Part shown: positions 48,617 to 58,277 of the stretch, in pieces
Layout of the letters: each line of letters starts with the position of its first letter
How positions within the stretch are numbered: the first letter of the stretch is position 1
Virus record (IMG/VR): IMGVR_UViG_3300043013_000026
Span: 45,335-109,334 of that record
Source: a virus
Lineage: Duplodnaviria; Caudoviricetes
Length of the DNA: 64,000 nt
Reading direction: 5' to 3' (one strand)
Translations under genes and position numbers: made by a program
Notes under the pieces: model-generated
What the model was told of the DNA's origin: nothing
Databases searched by the model: none
Seen by the model: only the letters and a program-made list of their open reading frames with translations

Positions 48617-49196
48617 CGTCTTCAGTATTTAAGCGTTCAAGTCCAACATATTCACAAGTATAGATGAGGGAGAGACGGAAATCGTCGTAGTCCAAGTGCT
48701 TTCCCAGAGCGTTAGCTACATGCTTCAACTCTTCATCTGAGATGTTTGAATTAAAGCCGACAGCTTCAATGTCATCACGGGTTAAGTACTTCACAGGAAC
48801 ACCGTCTTCAGTCTCGGAAACATCTTTAACATCGTCCGTTTCCGGAATTAAACTGGTGATGAAACTGATGTGGCTAAACTCAACCGAATCAAGCGATTGT
48901 TCATCAGCAGGAGTATCGCCAGATTTGCGGAAGCCGTATATCTCAGGGGTGCCATACTCATTGACTCTGACACGTGAGATATAATAATCTTCGCTTTCAT
49001 CGTTGTAGCGGTTAGAACCGAGAATGATAGGAGCGTTTTCGTCTTCGTCATTCTCAAACCATTTATCTTCAGCGTCATCACTATCGCAGTCGATGAAGAT
49101 AAATTCGCCGCCATGAGCATTTACGGCGGCAGCAAGCTCACGACGCTCCTGGGCGTCAAGCTCTTTGTATTTCTTGTATAAATCAGTACATTTCAT
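48609..49196 (-). CDS. Acidic hypothetical protein
   Basis: D/E-rich ORF. Confidence 0.6.
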   Translation of the reverse strand: MKCTDLYKKYKELDAQERRELAAAVNAHGGEFIFIDCDSDDAEDKWFENDEDENAPIILGSNRYNDESEDYYISRVRVNEYGTPEIYGFRKSGDTPADEQSLDSVEFSHISFITSLIPETDDVKDVSETEDGVPVKYLTRDDIEAVGFNSNISDEELKHVANALGKHLDYDDFRLSLIYTCEYVGLERLNTEDDA

Positions 49197-49494
49197 TTGT
49201 TTGTAAATTTTGAGAGTAAACATCTGCCCAGATTTCGTAAATATCCGCACCCTTCATTTCACAAAGCTCTTGCGCTTCTTCCATGAGGCTATTGAAATAG
49301 TCACATTCTTCAGGGGCGAATACTGGGAAACCGGTGTTAAGGTCAACGTATTCTTCAAACGGGTCATCCGGGTGAGAATTTGTTTTTCGAGTGTATAGGA
49401 GATATTCAGCAAAATTCCGAACATCTCCTATGTTACGCATTTTAGTCGGGAACTTCGGGCTCATTCGTCTTGATAGGTTGTGTCGAGCTCCCAC
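49183..49494 (-). CDS. Hypothetical protein
   Basis: 'HPDDPFEEYV' motif; start uncertain. Confidence 0.55.
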   Translation of the reverse strand: MGARHNLSRRMSPKFPTKMRNIGDVRNFAEYLLYTRKTNSHPDDPFEEYVDLNTGFPVFAPEECDYFNSLMEEAQELCEMKGADIYEIWADVYSQNLQTNEMY

Positions 49495-49997
49495 TCACCA
49501 GCCTCAAAAGAACTGAGAGGAATCTCGCGGTTTTTCATCATTTCTTCCACGATGTCTTCAGCCTCGTACTTGTCCTTGGCAATCACCTTTATGGAGCGCT
49601 GGAAGGTCCAGTAAATGTCCACGTTAAAAGATGACGGAGGCAGCGGGCTTTCATCAACAAAGCAGCCGTACCATTCTTTAAGCGTTTTCTCGTTGTCATA
49701 GTACTCGTGGCATAGCTCCAGATAAGCAGTTTCGCAATCGCGATCGTATTGAGCAGGATTAGCTTCGTCCTTTGTAACCGAAGCACAAGCCTTTTCCCAA
49801 AGATGATCTTCCTTGGCAAGCTCCTCAGTGTAAGAGTCCCAGAAACTTGTGAAAAAATCACATACAGCTTGCTCAGCGATGCCGAACTTGTTGTAATAAT
49901 CGGAAACATACATGCTTCCGAGAACTATTTGTTGACGTAACGGCCAGAGATATTCTTCTTTTAGCCAGCCGTTTTCAAAATAATCAGCCGTTTTCAT
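49461..49997 (-). CDS. Acidic hypothetical protein
   Basis: ORF. Confidence 0.65.
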   Translation of the reverse strand: MKTADYFENGWLKEEYLWPLRQQIVLGSMYVSDYYNKFGIAEQAVCDFFTSFWDSYTEELAKEDHLWEKACASVTKDEANPAQYDRDCETAYLELCHEYYDNEKTLKEWYGCFVDESPLPPSSFNVDIYWTFQRSIKVIAKDKYEAEDIVEEMMKNREIPLSSFEAGEWELDTTYQDE

Positions 49998-50299
49998 TGT
50001 TGTGCATACTTTAAGAGAGATTGATAAAATTCTTCACCAAGGGCATCCCAGCTAATCATTTGCTGGAGGCCCTCATCAAACGCTCCGATTTGACCGGCGA
50101 AATAATACGCTTGGTCACGGATTTCATCAGAGATTTGCAAGCGTCGTTGCTTGTTTGTCTCACGCTTGTAATCCTCAAGGAGATCAGAAATAGGAGTCTC
50201 GTATTCACCGCAAACGCAGCAAACATACTCCATTCCATTAATGCTGTCGTCTAACAGGTCAATCTGTTCCCCATTAGGCATTGTAACGATTGGTTTCAT
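49994..50299 (-). CDS. Hypothetical protein
   Basis: ORF with ATGA coupling. Confidence 0.6.
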   Translation of the reverse strand: MKPIVTMPNGEQIDLLDDSINGMEYVCCVCGEYETPISDLLEDYKRETNKQRRLQISDEIRDQAYYFAGQIGAFDEGLQQMISWDALGEEFYQSLLKYAQQ

Positions 50300-51150
50300 T
50301 CTAATCCTGGTATTTTAGGTAAGCTCCTTTCAAAGGCAATGCGGCGCTGTTCTGCATCGTAAGCCTCTGCATATTCAGACCACATTTCATTGTATTCATC
50401 CCAGTCAAGAACGATGAACTTCGGTCCCCAGCTCTTGTTGGGATTTTCATATCGGTGAGGGTGCTCATTTGCCCAGTCCGTATAGACTTTGCCATACTTC
50501 TGGTACACTTCCCATTCAGCCTTAGCGTCATCGCTTTCAGGGCGTGGATAGTGTAGGTCTGTCTCTGTGCTAACGTAGGAATAAATATCCCAGTTGAGCT
50601 GCTTGAGACATCCGGGGCAAACAGCGTTAGCGAGGTAGCCAATCATGCAGGAAATATAGCGGTCATCGTCCTCTTTCTCCAGCATGTTGTCGCACCATTC
50701 TTCCATGTCATTCGTCATAAACGAAATGAAGCCGTCATAGCTGGTGTGATTACGACGAATCGTTTCGGCTACGGCATCGTGATAACGAGGGTTGTTTGCC
50801 AGGCTTATCAATCGCTTAGCAAACGCTTTGTAGTCACCTATTTCCACCTTGCAATAGATTTCGTCAGTGGAATAGTTATAGTACTGAGGAGAGCGTAATC
50901 TCCAGCTTACCAACTTCATGTCGGTGTCAAGCACTTCATTGAGCATGTCAATGTATTGATGAGCGTAAATTTTCGTAACCTCGTCACGATAGTCTTCATC
51001 AAAGCCCCAATCATCAAGGAACTGGAGGCTTTCAAAATCTTCGTGCTCACCATATTGTTGCTCGTGAATCTCTGTGTATTCATTTTCGCCTTGGTCCCAG
51101 ATACCTTGGTAAAATCCGGTAAAGCCAAGCGCTTCAAGTTCAATAGTCAT
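50296..51150 (-). CDS. Acidic hypothetical protein
   Basis: 'SPQYYNYSTD', 'HTSYDGFISF'. Confidence 0.7.
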   Translation of the reverse strand: MTIELEALGFTGFYQGIWDQGENEYTEIHEQQYGEHEDFESLQFLDDWGFDEDYRDEVTKIYAHQYIDMLNEVLDTDMKLVSWRLRSPQYYNYSTDEIYCKVEIGDYKAFAKRLISLANNPRYHDAVAETIRRNHTSYDGFISFMTNDMEEWCDNMLEKEDDDRYISCMIGYLANAVCPGCLKQLNWDIYSYVSTETDLHYPRPESDDAKAEWEVYQKYGKVYTDWANEHPHRYENPNKSWGPKFIVLDWDEYNEMWSEYAEAYDAEQRRIAFERSLPKIPGLE

Positions 51151-51160
51151 AGCAGTACGA

Positions 51161-51799
51161 TTAAAAGGTTTCAGGAAAAAGGTCTCTTGCGATATTGTAG
51201 CCAAGCTCCTCATAACAGAGCCAGCACATAAAGGTGTAGTGGGGAGCGCCTGTGCGGTTCTTAATAGGCTCGCCCATGCCGTCCTCTAACTGTGACTTGT
51301 ATTCTTCCATATCGTCGATATGCTTGATATAGATTTCTTTACAGTCAGCGTTGTAGATGAGGATGCCAATCATGCCGGATTGACAACCGTTCTGGAGGTC
51401 TTCAAAGAAGCCAAGCGGGTTGCTGTACCCGGCAGCGTGATAAGCCATGTCTTTCACGAACTCCTCAGCAAAGCTGGGCATTTCGCCGGAAGGACCGGCA
51501 TACCATCCCGCGTTTTCCATGAACATCTGCTCAAGGAAATCTTCAGTGGAAGCAGCACTGTAATCTGAGGTGCTGTCGTATCCAAAGAAGATGCTGTAAA
51601 TCTGGTTGGCATCGTCTTGCAGACCGAGCCATTCACGGCAAGTTTGTGCTTCGCAATCCTCAGTGATTCCGATGTAGTCATCTACCGTTTCTTCTTCGCC
51701 AATGAACTCATTTTCCATGATTCTTTTGGCGGTTTCTTCCGTGGTATTGTCGAGAAAGTTGTTCCACCACGATAGAACAAATTCATCAAATGTCGTCAT
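51161..51799 (-). CDS. Acidic hypothetical protein
   Basis: 'GCQSGMIGILIY'. Confidence 0.7.
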   Translation of the reverse strand: MTTFDEFVLSWWNNFLDNTTEETAKRIMENEFIGEEETVDDYIGITEDCEAQTCREWLGLQDDANQIYSIFFGYDSTSDYSAASTEDFLEQMFMENAGWYAGPSGEMPSFAEEFVKDMAYHAAGYSNPLGFFEDLQNGCQSGMIGILIYNADCKEIYIKHIDDMEEYKSQLEDGMGEPIKNRTGAPHYTFMCWLCYEELGYNIARDLFPETF

Positions 51800-51828
51800 A
51801 TTTCTGAGAGTTTGATAGATTATGAAAA

Positions 51829-52185
51829 TTACAACTTGTACAGAGCATCTGATAGGGTTTCCATCATTTGTTCGCACTCTTCCATATCATCAAGAATATC
51901 TCTCAGACGGTAGGGAGCGCCATTTTTACCATGTCCAAATGAGTCAACCCACAGCAGCGCTTCTTCATCAGGGTCATAGCCGTCAACGTAGCGTTCAACG
52001 GCCTCAGCGTAGTCACTTACATCAGCGTCAAGTGGAACAGTGATGTCAAATGAGAAGTCCTGTCCTAACGAGGAAAACTGAGAAAATGTCACGTCTATTC
52101 CACGGTAGGACTCGTAAGTTTGCACGGACCAACCAAGTCCTTCAGCGGTTTCAATAACCTGCTTGAGCGTTTCGTCAGCTTCCAT
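51829..52185 (-). CDS. Acidic hypothetical protein
   Basis: ORF. Confidence 0.65.
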   Translation of the reverse strand: MEADETLKQVIETAEGLGWSVQTYESYRGIDVTFSQFSSLGQDFSFDITVPLDADVSDYAEAVERYVDGYDPDEEALLWVDSFGHGKNGAPYRLRDILDDMEECEQMMETLSDALYKL

Positions 52186-52759
52186 GTTGGTCCATCATTA
52201 ATTCACGGAAATCTTCCTTAGAAGGAATTTCTCCGTCGGTTTCATACTCGCCTCGATCATCTTCAAAAAGAGCGTCGTAGATGTCTTGGTCATCCGTCTG
52301 CTGAACGAGGTAATCATAAGCCTGTTTCCATCGGGGCTCCGGATAATTTTCGTCCGGTTCGTCAAGCTCCAATCCAAATAGGTTTTCTGAGATGTTTTCC
52401 ATAAGTGCTTGAGCGTCCTCCTGCTCATCTCCTGGCAGTTGACACTTAGCATACAAGCCACTTAGGAAACCTTGGAACCAGTCAGCGCAATAGTCAACCA
52501 GTTCGTCATCGTCGATATAGCCCTCGGCTCGTTTCTTGTCCATATCTTCCTCGCTGTCATAGCCAAGCATCTCAGCGATATGGTCAAAATCGAACCAAAA
52601 TAGGTCGTTTAGTTCACCGTCGGACATGCCGTCGGGATATTCCATCTCAAGCTCGCTTTCGATTATATCCCAATCGTCATTCGTTAGGACTTCAATCCTA
52701 TCTCTCGCACCACTCCAGAATTGGAAGTTGCGGATTTCAATGTCTTCGTATATTCGCAT
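52175..52759 (-). CDS. Very acidic protein, possible DNA mimic
   Basis: Very high D/E content; 'FWSGA...ELNDLFWF'. Confidence 0.65.
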   Translation of the reverse strand: MRIYEDIEIRNFQFWSGARDRIEVLTNDDWDIIESELEMEYPDGMSDGELNDLFWFDFDHIAEMLGYDSEEDMDKKRAEGYIDDDELVDYCADWFQGFLSGLYAKCQLPGDEQEDAQALMENISENLFGLELDEPDENYPEPRWKQAYDYLVQQTDDQDIYDALFEDDRGEYETDGEIPSKEDFRELMMDQHGS

Positions 52760-52763
52760 GATT

Positions 52764-53183
52764 TTACTTTTTTAATTCGTACACTTTTCCCACCACCTTA
52801 ACCGTTGAACGGACTTCAGAAAGGAACTGGGAATCATCGTTGAAGTAGAGCATAGGCTCAATCTCGTTTTGATGCTTGAGCCATAGTCCCATGTTGTACT
52901 TGCGTAGGATTTCGCGGATTTCGTTTGCAGCCGCTTTCTTCATGGCTTTCTTGCGTTCACGGAGATTTGTGATAGCGTCCATTGTACATTCGCACTCCAG
53001 CTTTGAGCGTCCCGGAGGATTATTCAACTGGTAAATCGTTGAGCCATCATCGCTTGTAAATCGCAAATCGCTGATGAAAACGTTGGGCTGCTTGTCGGTA
53101 TTAAAGTAGTTCTCACGATGAATGATGAGGTCGCCCGTTTTCTTATCAAAAACGTCGATATAAGCGTGATATATCTTACTCAT
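52764..53183 (-). CDS. Hypothetical protein
   Basis: ORF. Confidence 0.6.
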   Translation of the reverse strand: MSKIYHAYIDVFDKKTGDLIIHRENYFNTDKQPNVFISDLRFTSDDGSTIYQLNNPPGRSKLECECTMDAITNLRERKKAMKKAAANEIREILRKYNMGLWLKHQNEIEPMLYFNDDSQFLSEVRSTVKVVGKVYELKK

Positions 53184-53433
53184 AAGGCATTAGTTTTGGA
53201 TAGTCAGATACTTCAAGGTATTCGCCATGAAACTCAACGCCGGTACACAGACTCCACTGGCAGTTGTTGAACTCAATGTCGAACTTCTCACAAATTACTT
53301 CAGCAAGATACACTTCGTAATCATTCTCAAATTGCTCAGCGATTACTTGCTTAATTGCCGGCGTGATTTCCACGATGATTGGGAAGCCATCGCCAGTCAG
53401 GATGATAAAGTATTCTCGCGGTTCCATAGTCAA
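53176..53433 (-). CDS. Hypothetical protein
   Basis: ORF. Confidence 0.5.
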   Translation of the reverse strand: MTMEPREYFIILTGDGFPIIVEITPAIKQVIAEQFENDYEVYLAEVICEKFDIEFNNCQWSLCTGVEFHGEYLEVSDYPKLMPYE

Positions 53434-53834
53434 GCTTCATAAGTTTCATATCGAACCGTAAGGGTCACGGTATCAATGTCGGTGTGATAGAAAAGCTCGC
53501 GATCGAGCTTGATGTTATACAGATTAGCACCGGTTACGTGAGCGCCCCACTTCGCCAGTTCATCTACAAGCTCTTTGCGTTTAGCATTATAACTCCAGTG
53601 GTCAAACCAACGAAATACGCTTTGGCACTGAACCGTCACGGGACCATTGGAAAGGTCAATCTCAGGGTGTTGCAGCTGAGCCATAGAGCTGCCACATTTA
53701 CGGGTGTACTTCAGTGAGTTCGCACGAATAATCAAGTTGTCGGCGCTTCTGAATACATAACTGCGGTCTTCACGGGCTGGGCGGCTGTGTACTGTGTCTT
53801 CAACCTCCCAAATAATGCGGATATATTTTTTCAT
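53430..53834 (-). CDS. Hypothetical protein
   Basis: ORF. Confidence 0.6.
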   Translation of the reverse strand: MKKYIRIIWEVEDTVHSRPAREDRSYVFRSADNLIIRANSLKYTRKCGSSMAQLQHPEIDLSNGPVTVQCQSVFRWFDHWSYNAKRKELVDELAKWGAHVTGANLYNIKLDRELFYHTDIDTVTLTVRYETYEA

Positions 53835-53854
53835 CGCTTACAATAATTAAAAAG

Positions 53855-54085
53855 ACGGAGCTGTGGTCTGAGATGTGCCACAAAAACAGAGAACAATAAC
53901 AATATCAAGAACCACACAACGGCACAAGAACAAGAACAGGGCTCCAGAATCAACCTTCTCAGCCAACGTTTTCGCCATCGTGTGCGATGTTTGTTAATAT
54001 TGATTTCTATTTTTAATGGTTAGACACTCTCAGACTCACACTCACAAAAGTTTCATGCAGGCAATCAGTCTTTTGTTACTCGCGT
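53855..54085 (-). ncRNA. Candidate structured RNA downstream of the coiled-coil gene
   Basis: Crossing pairings and hexamer GUUCUU/GUUAUU repeats. Confidence 0.4.
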
Positions 54086-54088
54086 CTA

Positions 54089-54967
54089 TTATTTCTTACC
54101 TAAAGCTGAAACTATCTCATAAATCCCCTTCAGCTCATTGGGGATTGCAATACGGAGCTGGCGCAGATTATTTAAGTGCCCCAGTTTCGCCTCCTCTACA
54201 AGACCGGTTAACTCGGTCATCTTCTGGCGGTACTCAGCCATCGCCTTGTTGTACTCCTTCACCTTGCTGTCGTTGTCTTCTATAACGGCAATGCTAACCT
54301 TGTGAAGGTATCCGTTAAGCTCTGCCTGGACTGAGCGGTGAGCCTGTTGCAGCTCGTAGAAAACTTTCTCAGTCTCCGCGCTTTCGACGGTTGGAGTGTA
54401 GTGGTAGATGAGGGTGTCACGACCGTTGCCCTTAACCTCAGTGGGGTTAGACGCTTTGTTGAACGCATCTTTACGGGCATCGGCAAATGTACCGTCCGGG
54501 TGAATATACTTGCCTATCACTGAGGCGTATGACTGGAGCGACAAGATTTTGTTGCGCTCTTTGATAGGCAGAGATTCGATGTACTCGTCCTCGGTGATAG
54601 TTCTCTTACGGACGGGCTGCTCAGGAACGGTATAGCCCAATAGCTGAGCGTATTCCTCGAACTGTAAGCCTTCCACACGTTTCATCTCAGCGGCGTGCGC
54701 TTTGATAGCCTCTCGCAACCAAGCGATGAGGGCGTGCGCTTCGGCAATCTGATTGAGGTTAGCCGGGATAGACTCAAGCTGGCTCTTTTGCCAACCTGTG
54801 TGAATTGTCTGGGTATCGGGGTTGCCGATGATTGAAAGCTCTGTTGAATAGAAGCTTACACTCTCCAATACTTGCTCGTTGGATTTAACGAACTCCTTTG
54901 CAAGATTGGCAATATGATTTGCGGATGTCAAGGTCAAGCCTTGCTCAGAAAAGAATGATGTAGTCAT
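54089..54967 (-). CDS. Coiled-coil hypothetical protein
   Basis: 'GLTLTSANHIANLAKE', helical heptads; ATG at 54967. Confidence 0.75.
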   Translation of the reverse strand: MTTSFFSEQGLTLTSANHIANLAKEFVKSNEQVLESVSFYSTELSIIGNPDTQTIHTGWQKSQLESIPANLNQIAEAHALIAWLREAIKAHAAEMKRVEGLQFEEYAQLLGYTVPEQPVRKRTITEDEYIESLPIKERNKILSLQSYASVIGKYIHPDGTFADARKDAFNKASNPTEVKGNGRDTLIYHYTPTVESAETEKVFYELQQAHRSVQAELNGYLHKVSIAVIEDNDSKVKEYNKAMAEYRQKMTELTGLVEEAKLGHLNNLRQLRIAIPNELKGIYEIVSALGKK

Positions 54968-55058
54968 TTTCTTCAGTTTGTTGTTGAGGTTGTTTGTTAC
55001 GAATAGAAAATCTCGGTGTCCAAAGATGTACACTTTGAGCCACTTTAACTTTTGTTAA

Positions 55059-55709
55059 TTACATCAGGCCATTCCACCAATTTTCGCAAGCGGCTTCCTC
55101 GGCACGCTTTTTAGCCTGTTTCTCAAGAGAGTAGTCAATCTCAGCTTTCGCCTCGCTGACAAGTTCTTCAATTCCTTCTTGACCGTAGAAACCACCGCAG
55201 GAATCAATGATTTCCTCCAGCGTTTCATCTTCGTCAAGCTCGTCTTCATCTATGGAAATGTTATACCAATAGACGTCTCCGTGATAGTATTGGTTGAGTA
55301 GGTCGATTTCGCCTTGCAGCCATGACTCAACTTGTTCACGGCGCTCCTTTGTCAACAGCTTCCAGTTCTGCTGTTTCTTCACTTCTTCAACCGACACGGC
55401 GATGATGCCAAACCATCCCGAATCCCAGGGGTCTCCAAAAGGAGTAGTGCTTACTGCCTGACCTGAGTGGTCATACAGATAGATGTTCAAAGCGACGTAA
55501 TCTTTCAGGAACGACTCTTTGAACTTTCCAAGCTTGTGGTCGAATACTTCGTTGATGTCGAAGTTCGAGTCAAAATCTTTTTCGGGCTGATACCGGCGGT
55601 GTGCGGTGTAGATTGTGCCCAGGTTGTCCCAATCACGAGGGCTGTCAGCGTCTTCATCGTAATAGACGTTGATGTTGTAGCCACGGTAGGGTATTGTATC
55701 ACGTTTCAT
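55059..55709 (-). CDS. Acidic hypothetical protein
   Basis: 'SPRDWDNLG', 'YLYDHSG', 'DSCGGFYG'. Confidence 0.75.
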   Translation of the reverse strand: MKRDTIPYRGYNINVYYDEDADSPRDWDNLGTIYTAHRRYQPEKDFDSNFDINEVFDHKLGKFKESFLKDYVALNIYLYDHSGQAVSTTPFGDPWDSGWFGIIAVSVEEVKKQQNWKLLTKERREQVESWLQGEIDLLNQYYHGDVYWYNISIDEDELDEDETLEEIIDSCGGFYGQEGIEELVSEAKAEIDYSLEKQAKKRAEEAACENWWNGLM

Positions 55710-55760
55710 TTGTCTTACAATTTAGAGTTTTATTGAGTGGTGTTCGGAGAGATAAAAAGA

Positions 55761-55788
55761 GCTACGCAACCACTGAGGATTGCGTAGC
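55761..55788 (-). terminator. Intrinsic terminator
   Basis: GCTACGCAA...TTGCGTAGC with a U-rich tail on the - strand. Confidence 0.55.
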
Positions 55789-55816
55789 CTATCAAACTCC
55801 AAACTGAAATAATATC

Positions 55817-56044
55817 TTATCGCTCGTTTTCATCGTCGGGGAAGAGGAACATAAAGCCTTTCGGATTACCCTCACGAAAAACGGCAATCATCAGCGTTTC
55901 CCCAGTTTTTGCATCTGCGACTTCCATGAACTGAGCTTCTTTCTCTGCTAAGGCACATGCAGCTGCTTGACGGAGGTGCATCGGATTGCAATATGCCTCA
56001 AACTCGCCCTTCTCAGAACGAAATTTGTACTTAGTTTTCCACAT
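55817..56044 (-). CDS. Hypothetical protein
   Basis: ORF. Confidence 0.5.
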   Translation of the reverse strand: MWKTKYKFRSEKGEFEAYCNPMHLRQAAACALAEKEAQFMEVADAKTGETLMIAVFREGNPKGFMFLFPDDENER

Positions 56045-56055
56045 AGCTTACAAGA

Positions 56056-56769
56056 TTAAGTGTGAGTTGACCATCCGTAGCAAGGCTCGATCTGGACGGA
56101 AAAATTCTGTTGATACCCGGTTTCAGGCCAACCGTGAAACACGATTGCGCCGGCGAGTCTATCATCGCCATTGATACGCTCCACAAAGCTAAATTCATGC
56201 CATGCAGAGTTCCAATAAACGTCGATGTAGTGGTTCTTAGCTCGTTGCTGATAGCGCTTGAACCCTTTGAGACACTGGAACAACGAGTCATTGTTGTGTT
56301 GACGGCACTCCTCGATAAGTCCCTTCAGCTCTGAGAAGGTGATGCCGTGGAGCTTAACGGTCATTTTGGGTTTCGGAAGCGGACCGTTCAGCTTGATCCA
56401 CTCGCTGACCGTCGGGATAACGTAGTTCTTTATCGCGTTTAGACCGTTCTCTCGTGTGATGGGCTGGATGTCATCTTCAGTGATGAGGAACACCTTATCT
56501 TTGGCGAAGTTCGGGCTTGTCAGATAGAACGTCATATAGTCATCTCCGTTGGCATAAGCGTAACGAGCATACTCGTTGCCAAAGAAGATGTCGTGGTAGT
56601 CACCAACATTGATGAGGTGAGTGTGGGTCTTGCCGACAATCCAGATAACCGGAAAGATTATGCCGGTGCTTTCAATACGCGGTTTATCGTACTTGAAGAA
56701 ATCGCTTTGGAAACTCGTCATGGTTTCATTTACGATTTCGGTCATGCGTTCAATAATTGCTTCTCTCAT
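56056..56769 (-). CDS. Hypothetical protein
   Basis: C-terminal 'GAIVFHG...GWSTHT'. Confidence 0.7.
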   Translation of the reverse strand: MREAIIERMTEIVNETMTSFQSDFFKYDKPRIESTGIIFPVIWIVGKTHTHLINVGDYHDIFFGNEYARYAYANGDDYMTFYLTSPNFAKDKVFLITEDDIQPITRENGLNAIKNYVIPTVSEWIKLNGPLPKPKMTVKLHGITFSELKGLIEECRQHNNDSLFQCLKGFKRYQQRAKNHYIDVYWNSAWHEFSFVERINGDDRLAGAIVFHGWPETGYQQNFSVQIEPCYGWSTHT

Positions 56770-56773
56770 GGCT

Positions 56774-56965
56774 TCAAAAATTAAATGCTTCAATACTTTG
56801 GATTTTACACTGAACCGCCTGGAGTTCTTCAAGGCGACCGGCGAGTTCTGCAACTCTGCCACCCCAGGATTCATGCTTAGTTTTACGGAACGATTCTCTT
56901 GCGCTTTCGAGTTGTTTCTCTACACGGTCGATACGACCTTGTACGTAGGCTGCTAACTGTTTCAT
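56774..56965 (-). CDS. Hypothetical coiled-coil protein
   Basis: ORF. Confidence 0.45.
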   Translation of the reverse strand: MKQLAAYVQGRIDRVEKQLESARESFRKTKHESWGGRVAELAGRLEELQAVQCKIQSIEAFNF

Positions 56966-56984
56966 ATTGCTGGCGCTTTAGAGA

Positions 56985-57212
56985 TTAGAACGAGGGGTAA
57001 GCTGAGTGTTCGATGTCGAGCGCTGCCTGTATCTTGGCGACACGGCGGCTATGCCACTTGAGGTAGGCACGTGTTTCGATGTTGAAATAGCGCTTGAGGA
57101 TGAAGCGACTAACCTTTAGCCACATACGACGGGCTAAACGGATTGCGATTGCGATGATGCTGACGATGAGCATCAGTGTGGCTTCGATGAAGCCCAAAAT
57201 AATTTCTTTCAT
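56985..57212 (-). CDS. Small membrane-anchored protein
   Basis: N-terminal TM. Confidence 0.5.
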   Translation of the reverse strand: MKEIILGFIEATLMLIVSIIAIAIRLARRMWLKVSRFILKRYFNIETRAYLKWHSRRVAKIQAALDIEHSAYPSF

Positions 57213-57241
57213 TTCAGTGGGAGTTTTGATTGTTGTTTGAT

Positions 57242-57673
57242 TTATTTTTCGGAGTTTGCGCTTGAATAAGCCATTTCAAATTCAGGGTCGGACATGAACG
57301 AGAACACTTCCAGACTATCATCGGAAAGTTCTTCATTACGTACCAAAGAACCAACGAGTTCCGAGCCACGTTTAATGCTTTCAATCACGCGCTTATAGGT
57401 TTCAAGGTCAACGCAGATTTCTACGTCGAACATGTTTGCGTCGGGGTCATCATAGACGATGCAATAGGCATCATCATATTCGTACTCCTCAGTGACATAC
57501 TCAGAGCTGAAGAACATACCCGATAGGGGCTTGCCTTCTTCTACAAATTCATTGTCTTCCTCCTCGATTACAACATAGTCCTGAGTATCTTCAGGAGCAT
57601 TGTAAGAGGCATAGATGAATTGCGCCCCCAAAACTATCGTAATGAGAGCGCTTACGGCGAACAGTTTTTTCAT
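57242..57673 (-). CDS. Secreted or membrane-anchored acidic protein
   Basis: 'MKKLFAVSALITIVLG' signal-like N-terminus. Confidence 0.6.
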   Translation of the reverse strand: MKKLFAVSALITIVLGAQFIYASYNAPEDTQDYVVIEEEDNEFVEEGKPLSGMFFSSEYVTEEYEYDDAYCIVYDDPDANMFDVEICVDLETYKRVIESIKRGSELVGSLVRNEELSDDSLEVFSFMSDPEFEMAYSSANSEK

Positions 57674-57802
57674 TGTCTTGCTTTGCTTTGATTTACATAG
57701 TTGATGTACTCGCTTCCATTGCATGAAGCAACTCTAACGGCGGTGTGAGGACGACCGCAAATGATGAAAACTTTTCTTCTCATTTTGTCTGAATTTTTAT
57801 GA

Positions 57803-58012
57803 TTAAACTTTGTCAACGGAAAGCCCCTTGTCGGTCATGCTTACCATGAAGCCCGCTTTCACGAGGCGTTGTATGACGGTTGAATTACTCTTGTGGATGA
57901 GGATAGGATAAGTGTGCATATAATTGTTATCCACCGGAACATTAAATGACACTGTGATAGCGTAGTTATTCGTCAGAATCTCCAGCGCTTTAGCAAAATT
58001 CTCTGGTGACAT
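57803..58012 (-). CDS. Hypothetical protein
   Basis: ORF. Confidence 0.55.
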   Translation of the reverse strand: MSPENFAKALEILTNNYAITVSFNVPVDNNYMHTYPILIHKSNSTVIQRLVKAGFMVSMTDKGLSVDKV

Positions 58013-58023
58013 TTGCGTATGAT

Positions 58024-58206
58024 TTATAAGTAAAAGAACTGCTTGTTATTGTCTTGGTCGTAAGCTCCACCGCAAACAAAGATGCCCATAGCGGCGAGGG
58101 CGTCACGAAACTGCACGGAAAGTTCCGCGTCTATGGCGCAAGCGTTATTTCTCTGAAGCTCGGCAATCGCGCTTGCAAGTTTGCCTAATATTTCACTTGT
58201 TTTCAT
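58024..58206 (-). CDS. Hypothetical protein
   Basis: ORF. Confidence 0.5.
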   Translation of the reverse strand: MKTSEILGKLASAIAELQRNNACAIDAELSVQFRDALAAMGIFVCGGAYDQDNNKQFFYL

Positions 58207-58226
58207 TTTCGTTGGGGTATAAAAAT

Positions 58227-58256
58227 AGCCGCATCCAGATTGCTCCAGATGCGGCT
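58227..58256 (-). terminator. Intrinsic terminator
   Basis: AGCCGCATC...GATGCGGCT with a U-tract on the - strand. Confidence 0.6.
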
Positions 58257-58277
58257 TTCAACATTATGACTAATTGC

